Of a DNA stretch of 64,000 bases, positions 22,153 through 32,700 are shown in pieces; positions within the stretch are counted from its first letter, which is position 1; each line of letters begins with the position of its first letter. Location of the stretch: assembly GCA_947625225.1 (NCBI GenBank), contig CANQNQ010000004.1, positions 64,443 through 128,442 of the forward strand. Direction: 5' to 3'. The position numbers and the translations under genes were made by a program. The DNA comes from an uncultured Clostridia bacterium. GTDB lineage: Bacteria > Bacillota > Clostridia > Christensenellales > CAG-917. The notes under the pieces were generated by a model that saw only the letters and a program-made list of their open reading frames with translations, made no database searches and had not been told where the DNA came from.

Positions 22153-23751
22153 ATGACAAAATACATCTTTGTTACCGGCGGCGTGGTGTCGGGACTTGGC
22201 AAAGGCATCGTTGCGGCTTCGTTGGGCAGGCTGCTGAAACTTCGCGGCTACAAGGTGGCGGCGCAGAAGTTCGACCCATACATGAACATCGACCCCGGCA
22301 CTATGAATCCCACACAGCACGGCGAAGTGTTTGTCACCCACGACGGCGCGGAGACGGATCTGGACCTTGGGCACTACGAGCGCTTCATTGACGAAAACCT
22401 CACCAAATTTTCAAATCTGACCAGCGGCAAGGTGTATTGGTCGGTGCTCAACAAGGAGCGCAACGGCGAGTACCTCGGGCAGACCGTGCAGATAATCCCC
22501 CACGTCACCAACGAGATAAAGAGTTTCATCCGCAAAAACGCCGAGGTGACGGGCGCGGACGTGGTGATCACCGAGATAGGCGGCACTATAGGCGACATCG
22601 AAAGCCAGCCATTCCTTGAGGCGATACGCCAATTCTCCACGGACGTGGGCAGAAAAAATTGCCTGTTTATCCACGTGGTGCTGGTGCCCTACATAAGCGG
22701 CTCTGACGAGTACAAATCCAAGCCCGCGCAGCACTCCACCAAGGAGTTGCAGGCGATGGGCATCAATCCCGACGTCATCATCACGCGCTCGGACGGCGAC
22801 TGCGGCGAGTCCATCCGCAAGAAGATAGCGCTGTTCTGCTCCGTCAAGGAGGACTGCGTGATCGCCAACACCACCGTGGACTGCCTGTACGAGGTGCCCA
22901 TGATGCTGCACGCAAACGGGCTGGATCGCGTCGTCTGCCGCGAGCTGGGACTCAAAAACAAATGCGACTTCGCGCCCTGGAAGAAGATGATAAAGGACAT
23001 CCACTCCCGCAAGGGCGTCACCACCGTCGCGATCGTGGGCAAATACGTGTCGCTGCACGACTCCTACCTGTCCATTGTTGAAGCGCTCAACCACGCGTCC
23101 TACGAGTGCCACACCTTTGTGCAGATAAAATGGGTGGACAGCGAGGAGCTCAACGCCTCCAACATCGCCCAAACGCTTGAGGGCGTGCAAGGCATACTTG
23201 TCCCCGGCGGTTTCGGCACAAGGGGCACGGAAGGCATGATAGAGGCGTGCCGCTACGCCCGCGAGCACAATATCCCCTACTTCGGCATATGCCTGGGCAT
23301 GCAGATAGCGGTGATAGAGTACGCGCGCAACGTTGCGCACATCACCGACGCCACCAGCGGCGAATTCAAGCGCGGCGGCTCGCACGTGATAGACCTCATG
23401 CCCGACCAGAACGGCAAACGCCTGGGCGGCACAATGAGGCTGGGCGCATATCCTTGCCACATCGCGGAGGGGACGCAGATGGCGCGCGCCTACGGCTCTA
23501 CCCTGATCGAGGAGCGCCACCGCCACCGCTACGAGTTCAACAACGAGTATCGTCAAAAACTGACCGATGCGGGGCTTGTGATAAGCGGCACATCCCCCGA
23601 CGGCGTAATAGTGGAAACCGTGGAAGTGGAGGGCAATTCTTTCTTCATCGGCGTGCAATTCCATCCCGAATTCACCTCCCGCCCCAACCACGCGGGTCCG
23701 CTGTTCAGGGAGTTCGTCGCCGCCGCAAAAAGCGCTGATCGGCGCAAATGA
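22153..23751 (+). CDS. pyrG: CTP synthase (532 aa)
   Basis: MTKYIFVTGGVVSGLGKGIVAASLGRLLK... at the N-terminus, and a glutaminase domain with GICLGMQ and HRHRYEFN. GGAGG ribosome-binding site. Confidence 0.97.
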   Translation: MTKYIFVTGGVVSGLGKGIVAASLGRLLKLRGYKVAAQKFDPYMNIDPGTMNPTQHGEVFVTHDGAETDLDLGHYERFIDENLTKFSNLTSGKVYWSVLNKERNGEYLGQTVQIIPHVTNEIKSFIRKNAEVTGADVVITEIGGTIGDIESQPFLEAIRQFSTDVGRKNCLFIHVVLVPYISGSDEYKSKPAQHSTKELQAMGINPDVIITRSDGDCGESIRKKIALFCSVKEDCVIANTTVDCLYEVPMMLHANGLDRVVCRELGLKNKCDFAPWKKMIKDIHSRKGVTTVAIVGKYVSLHDSYLSIVEALNHASYECHTFVQIKWVDSEELNASNIAQTLEGVQGILVPGGFGTRGTEGMIEACRYAREHNIPYFGICLGMQIAVIEYARNVAHITDATSGEFKRGGSHVIDLMPDQNGKRLGGTMRLGAYPCHIAEGTQMARAYGSTLIEERHRHRYEFNNEYRQKLTDAGLVISGTSPDGVIVETVEVEGNSFFIGVQFHPEFTSRPNHAGPLFREFVAAAKSADRRK

Positions 23752-23788
23752 GCGCATAAACCCCCAAAACAAGTAAATTAAATCATAC

Positions 23789-23838
23789 AAATATCGTACA
23801 TTTGTTCAATTATTACACAATATGTACGATATTTTTTT
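23789..23838 (+). terminator. Hairpin plus T-run after pyrG
   Basis: AAATATCGTACAT-N20-ATGTACGATATTT followed by TTTT. The stem is 13 bp but the loop is large. Confidence 0.5.
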
Positions 23839-23845
23839 AATTATA

Positions 23846-23874
23846 TTGACATCAAAGTAATAAACATTTACAAT
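23846..23874 (+). promoter_or_regulatory. Candidate promoter for the lipid kinase gene (TTGACA-17-TACAAT)
   Basis: -35 is at 23846..23851 and -10 at 23869..23874, with a 17-nt spacer. Confidence 0.5.
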
Positions 23875-23896
23875 AAAGGTAGCAAAAGGAGCATTT

Positions 23897-24766
23897 ATGT
23901 ACCATATCATCGTCAACCCCAAGGGCGGCAAGGGAAAGAGCCTCAAGGCGTTGAATTACGTCGAGCAGACGTTGAAGCAACATCACATCCCGTTTGAAAC
24001 GCACAGGACGGAATACATCGGCCACGCCACCGAGATCACGCGCGAGCTGAGCGCCACGCCCGACACCAAACTGCTGGTGCTTGGCGGCGACGGCAGTTTT
24101 TACGAAGTGCTCAACGGCATAGAGAATTTCGACAACGTGACGTTGGGTCTGTTGCCCTGCGGCACGGGAAACGACTTTATACGCGCAAGCAAGCATCCCA
24201 AAAACATCAAGGCGGCGATGGACGTCATACTGCTTGGCAATGAGGAATGCGTGGATTTCATCCAGCTTGACGACCGCCGCTGCATCAACGTGCTGGGCGC
24301 GGGCATGGACGTGGACGTGCTGCTGAAATACGCGGAGATGAAGCCATTCCACGGCAAGGTCAAGTACTACGCCTCGCTGTTCTACACGCTGGCGCACACG
24401 CGCTTCCACCACCTGAGGCTGACCGTGGACGGCGGCGAACCCATGGAGCGCAGCACGTTTATGATAGGCATAGGCAACGGACGCTGCATAGGCGGCGGCA
24501 TGCCCATCTGCCCCCACGCGGAAGTGGACGACGGCAAACTGAGCATAGTTGTGATAAACGAAGTCAAAAAGTGGACGATCCCCTTCAAGCTCCCCTACTT
24601 CCTCACGGGCAAGCAGGTTGGCCTTAGATGCGCGGAGGAATTTGAAGGCTCAGAGGTGCGCATCGAGGTGCTGGACGACAGCAAATTTGAGGCAGACGGC
24701 GAGATATTCGACTCAAAGGAGATCAACTGCAAGTTGGTGTCCAACAAGCTGAAGATATTCAGATAA
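23897..24766 (+). CDS. Diacylglycerol-kinase-family lipid kinase (YegS/DagK-like, 289 aa)
   Basis: MYHIIVNPKGGKGK...LLVLGGDGSFYEVLNG...LGLLPCGTGNDF matches the DAGK catalytic-domain signature. Confidence 0.88.
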   Translation: MYHIIVNPKGGKGKSLKALNYVEQTLKQHHIPFETHRTEYIGHATEITRELSATPDTKLLVLGGDGSFYEVLNGIENFDNVTLGLLPCGTGNDFIRASKHPKNIKAAMDVILLGNEECVDFIQLDDRRCINVLGAGMDVDVLLKYAEMKPFHGKVKYYASLFYTLAHTRFHHLRLTVDGGEPMERSTFMIGIGNGRCIGGGMPICPHAEVDDGKLSIVVINEVKKWTIPFKLPYFLTGKQVGLRCAEEFEGSEVRIEVLDDSKFEADGEIFDSKEINCKLVSNKLKIFR

Positions 24767-24801
24767 ACCTCATTTTCAAAACCAAAATTGTGTTATAAAA
24801 C

Positions 24802-24836
24802 AAACATAATCGGCGCTTTATGCGCCGATTATGTTT
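24802..24836. terminator. Bidirectional terminator between the convergent lipid kinase and alcohol dehydrogenase genes
   Basis: AAACATAATCGGCGC-TTTAT-GCGCCGATTATGTTT forms a 15-bp stem. Confidence 0.75.
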
Positions 24837-24879
24837 ATATAAACCCGTTTTGTTGCAATAATGCAAGCATTCCATCGCG

Positions 24880-26100
24880 TCACATGATCGCGCGGTATAT
24901 GCTTTCTATCTCCTTCTTGCCCCACACCTGCGGGCAGGGATACAGCGGATTTGCCTCGGCAAGCGCGTGCTCAATCATCTTGGGCAGGCGCTCCTCCTCG
25001 ATGAGAGGCGAGCCGTCGCGGCTGAGTATTTTGGTGGGGATGTTCATGGAGGCGTTGAGCTGCTCTATCCAGGCGATGAAGGCGTTTGCCTTTTCCTCCT
25101 TGGTGTTGCCCGCAAGGCCCACCACGTCGGCAAGCTGAGCCAGCTTCTTGTGCGCGCTCTTGCCGTACGCCTTGAGCACGTAAGGCAGTATAACGGCGTT
25201 TGCTAGGCCGTGGGGCACGCCGTACTCTCCGCCGAGCGTGTGCGCGACCGCGTGCACATAGCCAACGTACGCGCGCGTGAACGCCTTACCAGCGAGATAT
25301 GCCGCCTGCTGCATCTTGTTACGCGCCTCGAGGTCTGATCCGTCGTCGTACGCCTTCTTGAGGTATTGATTTATCAGCGTGATCGCCTCTACGGCGTCCT
25401 TCTTGGTCTGGGGCGTGTTTTCGCCGCCTATGTACGCTTCCACCGCGTGCGTCAGCGCGTCGATACCCGTTGTGGAGGTGATGTGCTGAGGCAGGGATTT
25501 GGTCAGTTCGGGGTCCATGACGACGTATCTGGGGATGAGCACCGGGTCGTTGATGGGATACTTTTCATGCGTTTCGGGGTTGGAGATGACCGCAGCCAGC
25601 GTCGCCTCCGAGCCTGTGCCGGACGTAGTGGGGATGGCGACCAGCGGGGGCAGCTTTTTCATGACTTTCAGTACGCCCTTCATCTGCGGGATGGTCTTCT
25701 TGGGGCGCGCCACCCTTGCGGCGATGCCCTTTGCGCAGTCCATTGCGGAACCGCCGCCCAGTGCGACGATCACGTCGCAGGCGTTGTTGCGGTACATCTT
25801 GAGGCCATCCTCGATGTTGCCGATTGTCGGATTGGGCACCACGTCGTGATAGACGCAGCCCTTCATGCCCTCAGCCTCGCATGCGGCAAGGATGGGGTCC
25901 GCCATACCCAGCTTGAACAGGCCGCCGTCGGTGACGATAAGTATGCTTTTGAATCCCTTCTCCTTGAGGAATGCGGGCAATTGCTTCACGCTGCCTGCGC
26001 CCGAAAGCGTGCCCTTGTTCTGTTTCCAGGGCAACAGCCACATTGCGCACCACATCGCCTTTTGAAAGACGCGGCAACCACACTTGTAAAACGCGTTCAT
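24880..26100 (-). CDS. Iron-containing alcohol dehydrogenase (406 aa)
   Basis: ...VIVALGGGSAMDCAKGIA...IPTTSGTGSE... and the histidine cluster HAVEAY...HAVAHTLGGEYGVPHG match the Fe-ADH family. Confidence 0.9.
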   Translation of the reverse strand: MNAFYKCGCRVFQKAMWCAMWLLPWKQNKGTLSGAGSVKQLPAFLKEKGFKSILIVTDGGLFKLGMADPILAACEAEGMKGCVYHDVVPNPTIGNIEDGLKMYRNNACDVIVALGGGSAMDCAKGIAARVARPKKTIPQMKGVLKVMKKLPPLVAIPTTSGTGSEATLAAVISNPETHEKYPINDPVLIPRYVVMDPELTKSLPQHITSTTGIDALTHAVEAYIGGENTPQTKKDAVEAITLINQYLKKAYDDGSDLEARNKMQQAAYLAGKAFTRAYVGYVHAVAHTLGGEYGVPHGLANAVILPYVLKAYGKSAHKKLAQLADVVGLAGNTKEEKANAFIAWIEQLNASMNIPTKILSRDGSPLIEEERLPKMIEHALAEANPLYPCPQVWGKKEIESIYRAIM

Positions 26101-26156
26101 AAACTCCTCCCGATCGCGCGCCTCGCAGAAGCAAGGAGCGCCGATCTGTTATTATA

Positions 26157-26185
26157 ATTTTAGCACACCGCCCCATGATAATCAA
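26157..26185 (-). promoter_or_regulatory. Candidate promoter for the ADH gene (TTGATT-17-TGcTAAAAT, extended -10)
   Basis: On the minus strand, -35 is at 26185..26180 and -10 at 26162..26157, with TG at -15/-14. Confidence 0.5.
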
Positions 26186-26213
26186 GCGTAAGCTTGGGAC
26201 GGCATGCGATCTG

Positions 26214-26247
26214 TCAAAAAATCAAGCGCAGTACGCCGCTTGATTTT
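26214..26247 (-). terminator. Intrinsic terminator after the DUF1858 gene
   Basis: The minus strand reads AATCAAGCG-N8-CGCTTGATT followed by TTTTT. Confidence 0.7.
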
Positions 26248-26262
26248 GCTGCCCGCCCGCGC

Positions 26263-26460
26263 TTACGCGATGGCGGCGTTGAGGGCCGCGACCAGCTGAT
26301 CCACGTCGATACCGTGGACGGCGGCAGCCTCTTCAAGAGTTTCGCCGTGCGCCAGCGCGCAATGCAGGCAATGCATACCGCTCTGCATCAGTATCTCGGC
26401 AAGCTTGTCGGGATCGCCCTGATTGAGTACGTCAATGATAAGCATATCTTTTGAAATCAT
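26263..26460 (-). CDS. DUF1858 domain protein (65 aa)
   Basis: MISKDMLIIDVLNQGDPDKLAEILMQSGMHCLHCALAHGETLEEAAAVHGIDVDQLVAALN is the typical small DUF1858 pattern. Confidence 0.8.
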   Translation of the reverse strand: MISKDMLIIDVLNQGDPDKLAEILMQSGMHCLHCALAHGETLEEAAAVHGIDVDQLVAALNAAIA

Positions 26461-26502
26461 ATAAGACCTCCAAAAATGTTTTGTGCAGTTTGCTGCATAG
26501 TT

Positions 26503-26530
26503 ATTATACCACGCTTGCGCGCAATTTCAA
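26503..26530 (-). promoter_or_regulatory. Candidate promoter for the DUF1858 gene (TTGAAA-16-TGgTATAAT)
   Basis: On the minus strand, -35 is at 26530..26525 and -10 at 26508..26503, with a 16-nt spacer and an extended -10 TG. Confidence 0.5.
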
Positions 26531-26562
26531 CACATTTTGCGGCAATATTTCAAGTTTGTGCC

Positions 26563-26690
26563 TTTGGCCAAATTTATCGGCAAAAAAGCAACCTTATGGG
26601 ACCTAGTAAGCACAAGTTTTTGCCGATAACGGCAAAAATATGCGCGTTTATGACCTCTTAAAGGAACAATTTTGCCGATAACGGCAAAAT
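26563..26690. repeat. Array of three TTTTGCCG-NTAN(-CGGCAAAA) elements spaced about 50 bp apart
   Basis: Two identical 20-bp hairpin/palindrome copies of TTTTGCCGATAACGGCAAAA lie at 26618..26637 and 26670..26689. A degenerate third copy (TTTGGCCAAATTTATCGGCAAAAAA) lies at 26563..26587. The array sits between the giant-gene terminator and the DUF1858 promoter. Confidence 0.6.
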
Positions 26691-26694
26691 TGCA

Positions 26695-26733
26695 TATAAA
26701 AGCAAAGGCAGGAGAACTCCTGCCTTTGCTTTG
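26695..26733 (-). terminator. Intrinsic terminator of the giant gene
   Basis: AGCAAAGGCAGGAG-AA-CTCCTGCCTTTGCT forms a stem of 12-14 bp. On the minus strand it is followed by TTTATAT, and it begins about 17 nt after the stop at 26750. Confidence 0.75.
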
Positions 26734-26749
26734 ACTCAAATGAGGTCTG

Positions 26750-29700
26750 TCATCCGTTGATGGTAACGGTTACCTCCTGGCCGCTTGCCGGATGTACCCA
26801 GCCGAGGCCGTAAGGTATCTTGTCGCCGGCTTTGACAGCGCTTGTGCCGTGGTTGGCGTCCGCGGATTTGGTCAGCACAACTGCGCCGTTGACGTCCACC
26901 AGCGGGCAGTACACGCAGCAGAGCGTATACACAACATTTCTGCTTCCGAACGTCGGCAGTGAGATGTTGCCGCTTGCCGCAGAGAGTATCACCGGGAAAG
27001 TGACGGGGCTGCCGCCGCTGAGCTTACTGACAGTGACTCTGCCCACCCAAGCCACGGGCACATCGCCAATTTGGGACGGGAGCTCATTTTGACCATACGA
27101 GCTGTTTACGGTAACTCCGCTTACTACGCCGCCGGATACTGTCGCCGAAACTGATGTATCCAAATCCATCTTGACGGTTATGGTCTGCTGAGTGCCGATC
27201 TGGATGGTGCCATTACCTGTTTTGCCACTCCAATCCCATTTGCCGTTCTTGGCAGTCCACTCTGCGCTTGCGGGCATAGAGGTGGTCAGGTAGTTGTACG
27301 CAATGTTGGAATCTGTGCCTACGCCTGCGCTCTTGAAGTCAGCCTGCTTCGTGGAATAGTTATATTTCGGGTTCCAACTCTTGAAGTAAACAGTGTACGC
27401 AGAAGGCAGTGACAGAGTCCTTGCATTCTTGGGCGAGACTGTATACGTTCCATCGACCTCGCTGGTGTACTGCTCATAAGCCTCTACACCTTCTTTGGTC
27501 TTGATGTTCCAGGTGGTTGTCGATGTATTGGTGGGATCGGGCTTGTAGGAAAGCGATGTTACCACCTTTCTCTGCACAAGCAGCGGGACGTCGTACTCCT
27601 GCACCACGCCATTGGCGGAGGTGAGGATGGCTGTGACGTAGGTCACGCCGCCCTTCCAGGTCGGGTTGTACTTGCCGTAGTTCCACTCCAGCCTGTTCCC
27701 GTCTGCCGCGCCGACCGTGAAGGTGCGAGAATCATTCATTCCGGTTCCCTGACTGATACTACCGTCGGTGGATCTACTGAAACTTGCAGGATTGAAGTAC
27801 AGCTCGATCGAGTCGGGCATCGTGGGATTGACCAGCGCCTGATCGTCATACGGGTCGATAGCTTCTGTCGCGGTTGCCTCGGTGCCATCTGAGCCATATT
27901 TGGCGTATGCGTCCAAAGATCTGAACGAACCGTCGTTGGGACGTTTCACCGAGCGGTCTGCCACGTACACGTCAAAGGTGAAGCGCTGCGAGCCGATATC
28001 CACGCCGTGGTTGTACTTAGTGTTGTCCACATACGCCCTGGCGATGTAAGGCGTGGCGCTGCCCTTGTAGTTGATGACCACATTGGACAGATCCCATGTG
28101 ACGTCGACATCGACGGTTTTGCCGTTTTCGAGCGTCAGTTTGAGCGTCTTGGGCAGGTACGTGTAAGTGCCAAGCTGTGCTTCATCAAGTTCAAAGTAGG
28201 TGTCTCCATCTATGCCGAATGTGCCGAGCTTGTCCTTCACGTAGCTGACGCCGTCGTCCGCAAGCGAGAAGCGCTGTCCTGTATACGTGCCCGTTCTCTC
28301 GCGGATATCATTGTTGCCGAGCGGGTCGACCACAAATGCGTTGAGCGTTGCATTCCAGAATTCGTTTGAATAGTCATCGGGCATCTTAACGTCTGTCGCC
28401 ACTGCGGAATTCACCAGGACGGGCACGTCGAACGTTGCAGCACAATTGTGGCCATACGAAGTGCTGGTCGCAGTCGCCTTGACGCGCGTGACGCCGCCCC
28501 TGTAGGAGTAATCCGCCGTGGAGTCGTCCCAAGTAAGGTTCATCTTGAGCGTCGTGACGTAGATGAAGATGTACAGCGTGCGCCCGTCTGCAGCGGCATA
28601 GCCGTCCTCGACATCGCCCGTATACTTGCTGTACGTCCTGTTGGACTCGTTGTACGTGTAGTAGACTTGCTGGTTGTTGCGGATGCCCTCCGTATAGGTC
28701 GAGCCGTCACGCGTGTACACCAAGTAGTTGGTGTGGCGCTTCTCCCACGTTGCGCTGTAGGAAGTGATGCCGAAGTTGGCGCTTCTGCCCTCGTTCCACC
28801 AGCTCTCTGCGGAGATGAACTGGCCGTCCACGTAGTAGGTCATCGAGTCTTTGAACATGCCGCTTGCCACCATGCTCTGCGTGTTGTACGGGTCGTACGA
28901 ATACTTGTAGTCGCCGTAGGACATGTCATCGTAGGCGATGTCGCTGTTGTACATGGTCAGCGCGGACGCGCGGATGACAAACTCTACCGTGAAGGGATCC
29001 ATCACCTCGAACGCGCCTGCCTCTTCCGGGTTCTTGCTCCACACATGCACGTTGACGTTGAAGCGGTTGGTGCCGGTGAGGTTCTCTATCTCGTCGATGG
29101 TGGGTACGCCGTTGACAATGGAGCCGTCCTCAAGCTTCTCGCCGTAAGTGATGTAGTACACGTCGGAGCTGTTGTTTGCAAACTTGAGGCGCAGCCTCAG
29201 AGGCATGTTGGCGGGAGTGAGCGTCGCATCCTTGGGTCCCGCATAGGAGTAGCGGTTGTAGAATGTGAACGTCGTGGGCAGATGCGTTGTGCGGCTGTAT
29301 GTGATGTCGATGTACCTGCCGTCCTCGCGCACGCCGCCTTCGAAGCCGACCACGGTTTGCGTTGTGATGTCGCGCCTTGAGGTGTCGGTGTACAGGTACT
29401 TGACCGCATTGCTGAACACCACCTCGCTGTCGAGGATATCTCTGTTGAGGATGGTGACGGGCACGTTGATGCTCTGCTTGACGAGGTAGTACCTCTGCAC
29501 GTTGCCCGAAGTGTACGGGACGTACTTGCCGGTGGCGTTCTTGACATAGTAGCCTTTTGCGTCCGCGATGGCGAACACGGTCTCCAGCATGAAGGAGGTG
29601 TTGCTCGTCTTGGAAGCTATCATCGCGTTGATGGGCGACCAATCCACTTCCACGCTGACCGTGTCGGTGCCGTTTGCAATGAAGTTTCCGCCAAAGCTCG

Positions 29701-32700
29701 AAGTGATCACATTGAGCGGATTGTCGTAGCCGTCGACATTTGCCGTGTAGTTGGGATCGATGATCAGCGAGCGATAGCGCGCGTTCTCGAAGGCGATGAA
29801 CGTCCTGTCCATCACGTACATATTGAACTCGAACTCTTTCTCGTCCTCGGGCAGCCAATTCGCTCCGGTGAAGTCGAATGTCGCCTTGAGCGTGAACACC
29901 TTGCCGAAGTAGTTCGCCACGTTGTCGTAGAACGCCTGCAGGCTGCCGCCCAGCTTGCTGTCGACCTCGGCGAGGTTGTAGTTGACCTTCAGGCTCTTGT
30001 TAGTTTTGCCGTTGATCTTCACATCAAGCGTGGAGCCGTTTGCGAACATATTGCCGAACTCGCCGCCATAGACGTCGTATGCCCAGATGGTATCCTTGGT
30101 GTTGTTGAGCACTTCCGTGATCTCCGCTTTCTCCAGGATCACATGGACGGGCAGGTTGCTGAGGGTCAAGTCGTTTCCGGAGACCGTCAGGTTCATATCC
30201 AATTCGCCGCCCTTTGTGGTGTACTGACCGCTCTTCACCGTCCACGAGAATTTTACGGTGTTGCCGTTGACGGTACCCTGTGTGGGCAAGCCGTCGAAGA
30301 AGTACTCGGCTTTCAGCGTATAGCCAAGCGTGCCCGCGTGCATATCGCCCGTGAAGTCCGCGCCGTGACTATCTTTGAACGCCGCGGCGGAGTTGATGGT
30401 GATCTCCGCGCTGCCTTTTACGCGCTGAGTGCCGTTCTTGCCGATGGGCAGGACGTAACTTCTGGTCATCTTGCCGGCGTTGATCTCCGCCAAGGTGGGC
30501 AATGTCCTGCTGTCCTGCCAGAGGACGGGCACCGTGGTGGACTTCGTCTCGCCGCCTATCATGACCGTAGCGGTCGACGCCCATTGAGGCTTGGCGCCGA
30601 AGATGGTGTACTCGCTGCCCTGATTGTTGAGCGACCATTGGACATCTACGCCGTAGTTTTCAAGATAGAGCTTAGCCGTCAGCTGAGCCGTCTTGACCGC
30701 GTTATTCTCGCCCATGCCGAGCTGATACGTGCGGGTGATGAAGTATTTGCCGTCCTCGTCCTGCTGCACGTTCTCGCTTGAGGTGAGCGCGTTGGAGTTG
30801 CTCCACAGGATCTTCGCGGCGATATCGCCATTGCCCTGCGCGGTGGTGACCGTAGCGGCGTCGGGCATTGACCACGCCGTGTACACGTCGTGCGTGAGCG
30901 TCAGCATGCCGTCTGCGGTGAGGTCGCCGCTGTTCAGCGTGAATGTGCCGCCTGTGACAGATTTTACCGCCGTGACGTTGTAGTCGGGCACGTTGACTTT
31001 GAATTCGGGGAGAGGATGTCCGCCCAAGCTCTCGTTCAGCGTGATCTGCTTGCCGCCGATCGCCACTTTGCCCAACGTCTCATTCCAGCTCTGGATGTAC
31101 GCGATGTACGGGGTGCCCTTGTCGCCGTCGGTGTAAGGCTCGTACTGGTTGGTGTTCTTGTTTAGCTTGTATTCGGGCGTATCGCCGTCGCCTACCTCGA
31201 CGTATTTGCCGTCCACCAGCTTGTATAACTTCGTGTCATAGATGGAGGTGTTCAGCGCGATCGGGAAGGGCTCAACGAGCACTGCGGTGCCCAGCAGCAT
31301 ATTGCCGTCGGTCTTGATGGCGCCCTTCTCGTCGACGTAGAAGTTGCCCCAATACGGCCTGCCGTTGTTGTTCTTGAAGTAGTACTCGGGATGCGCCGCA
31401 TACACCAGCGGATCTATGCCGAACGCCACGCCGTCGATGGTGTGCGTCTGCGCGTAGACGGTCGCGGTGTAGTTGCTTACATCCTGCATCTGCGCCGTCA
31501 GAGCGTTTGTCGCAGCGGCGTCTGTTCCGCCCTTGGTCGTCGCGTAGATATCGCCGCCGTTGAAGAAGCGGACAGACTTGAATTCGTTCTGCTGTTCAAC
31601 GGAGATACGCAGCGAGAAGGTCTGCGCCTCGTACACTCTATGCTTTTCGGGATCCGTGCCGACGTACTTGTGGCCCAAGCCGTCCTCCGTCGCGGTCATC
31701 CTGACCTTGGCGTACACCAGGCTCTGTCCGCTGATGTCCTGCACGGGCTTCTCGATGTTGAAGTTGGAGTTGGTGTAGTACACCACGGTGCTCCAATCGG
31801 GATACATGGTGTGCGTGACCGTATTGCCGTTCTCGTCGGTCAATTCGACGGAAGCCAGCGACTTATAGGCGTCGCTCTTGTACCACAGCGGGTTGAAGGT
31901 ATCCGCGTGCAGGATATCCATCGTCGCCACGCCTCTTTGCGTGAAGCTCTTGACGGTGATGGGCACGTAGAAGGTCTGCTTGCCGCTGTAGTCGGTGCCC
32001 AGATCCACCTTGATGTACAGCGGGTGCTCCTTGGCGTAGGCGTAGCCTTCGTAGGATATCATCGCGTCCTCGTCCAGCATGAACGTCGTGCCGCCCGCGA
32101 CGGTGTTGCTCTTGTGCGCGTCGACGTACTCGCCCTTGTCGTTGAGTATGTACACGGTCTTGGTATCGAACGTCAGCGCGGCGTCGGCGCTCTGCTCTTC
32201 CATGTTCGCGTCGTAGCTGATCTCGCGCGTGACGTAGCTGCCGTCCGCATTGCGCACTCTGAAGCGCAAGGTGGGTTTGTGAGCCGCGTCGGCGGTGAAC
32301 GTATCGCCCACAATGTTGTCAAACTTGACTTCCTTGTACTGATACGGGTCGAAGGTGTAATTTGTCTCCGCGGATGCGAAGGTGTAGCTGTTGACCACTA
32401 TCCTGATCATCACGGTCTGACCGATCATGTTGTCGGAGCCGATGGACTCGCTGCCCTTGAAGCCGGTGGTATGGCTGCCGTCCGCGTTGGTGCTTGTGTA
32501 TTCCACCTTGAACTTGCTTGCGCCCAGCGTGACAGGCACCGTGACGTCGAGACCCTTGTAGTAGTCATACTTGCCATCGCCCGTCTTGATCGCCGCCAAG
32601 GCTTTTTCAAGCTCGGTGGTATCAAACTTGACGTCGAGATCGTCAAACGTATCGCCGTTCAGCGAGTTGCCGTATATGCCCTTCGCCGTCGTCAGCTTGT

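Noticed and set aside
26750-27100. A sortase (LPXTG) signal, a hydrophobic C-terminal anchor or a C-terminal toxin domain with a downstream immunity gene was looked for at the end of the giant protein.
   Set aside because: The C-terminus (...GLGWVHPASGQEVTVTING) has no LPXTG motif or hydrophobic, basic tail. The next gene (DUF1858) has its own promoter, beyond a terminator, and does not look like an immunity protein.
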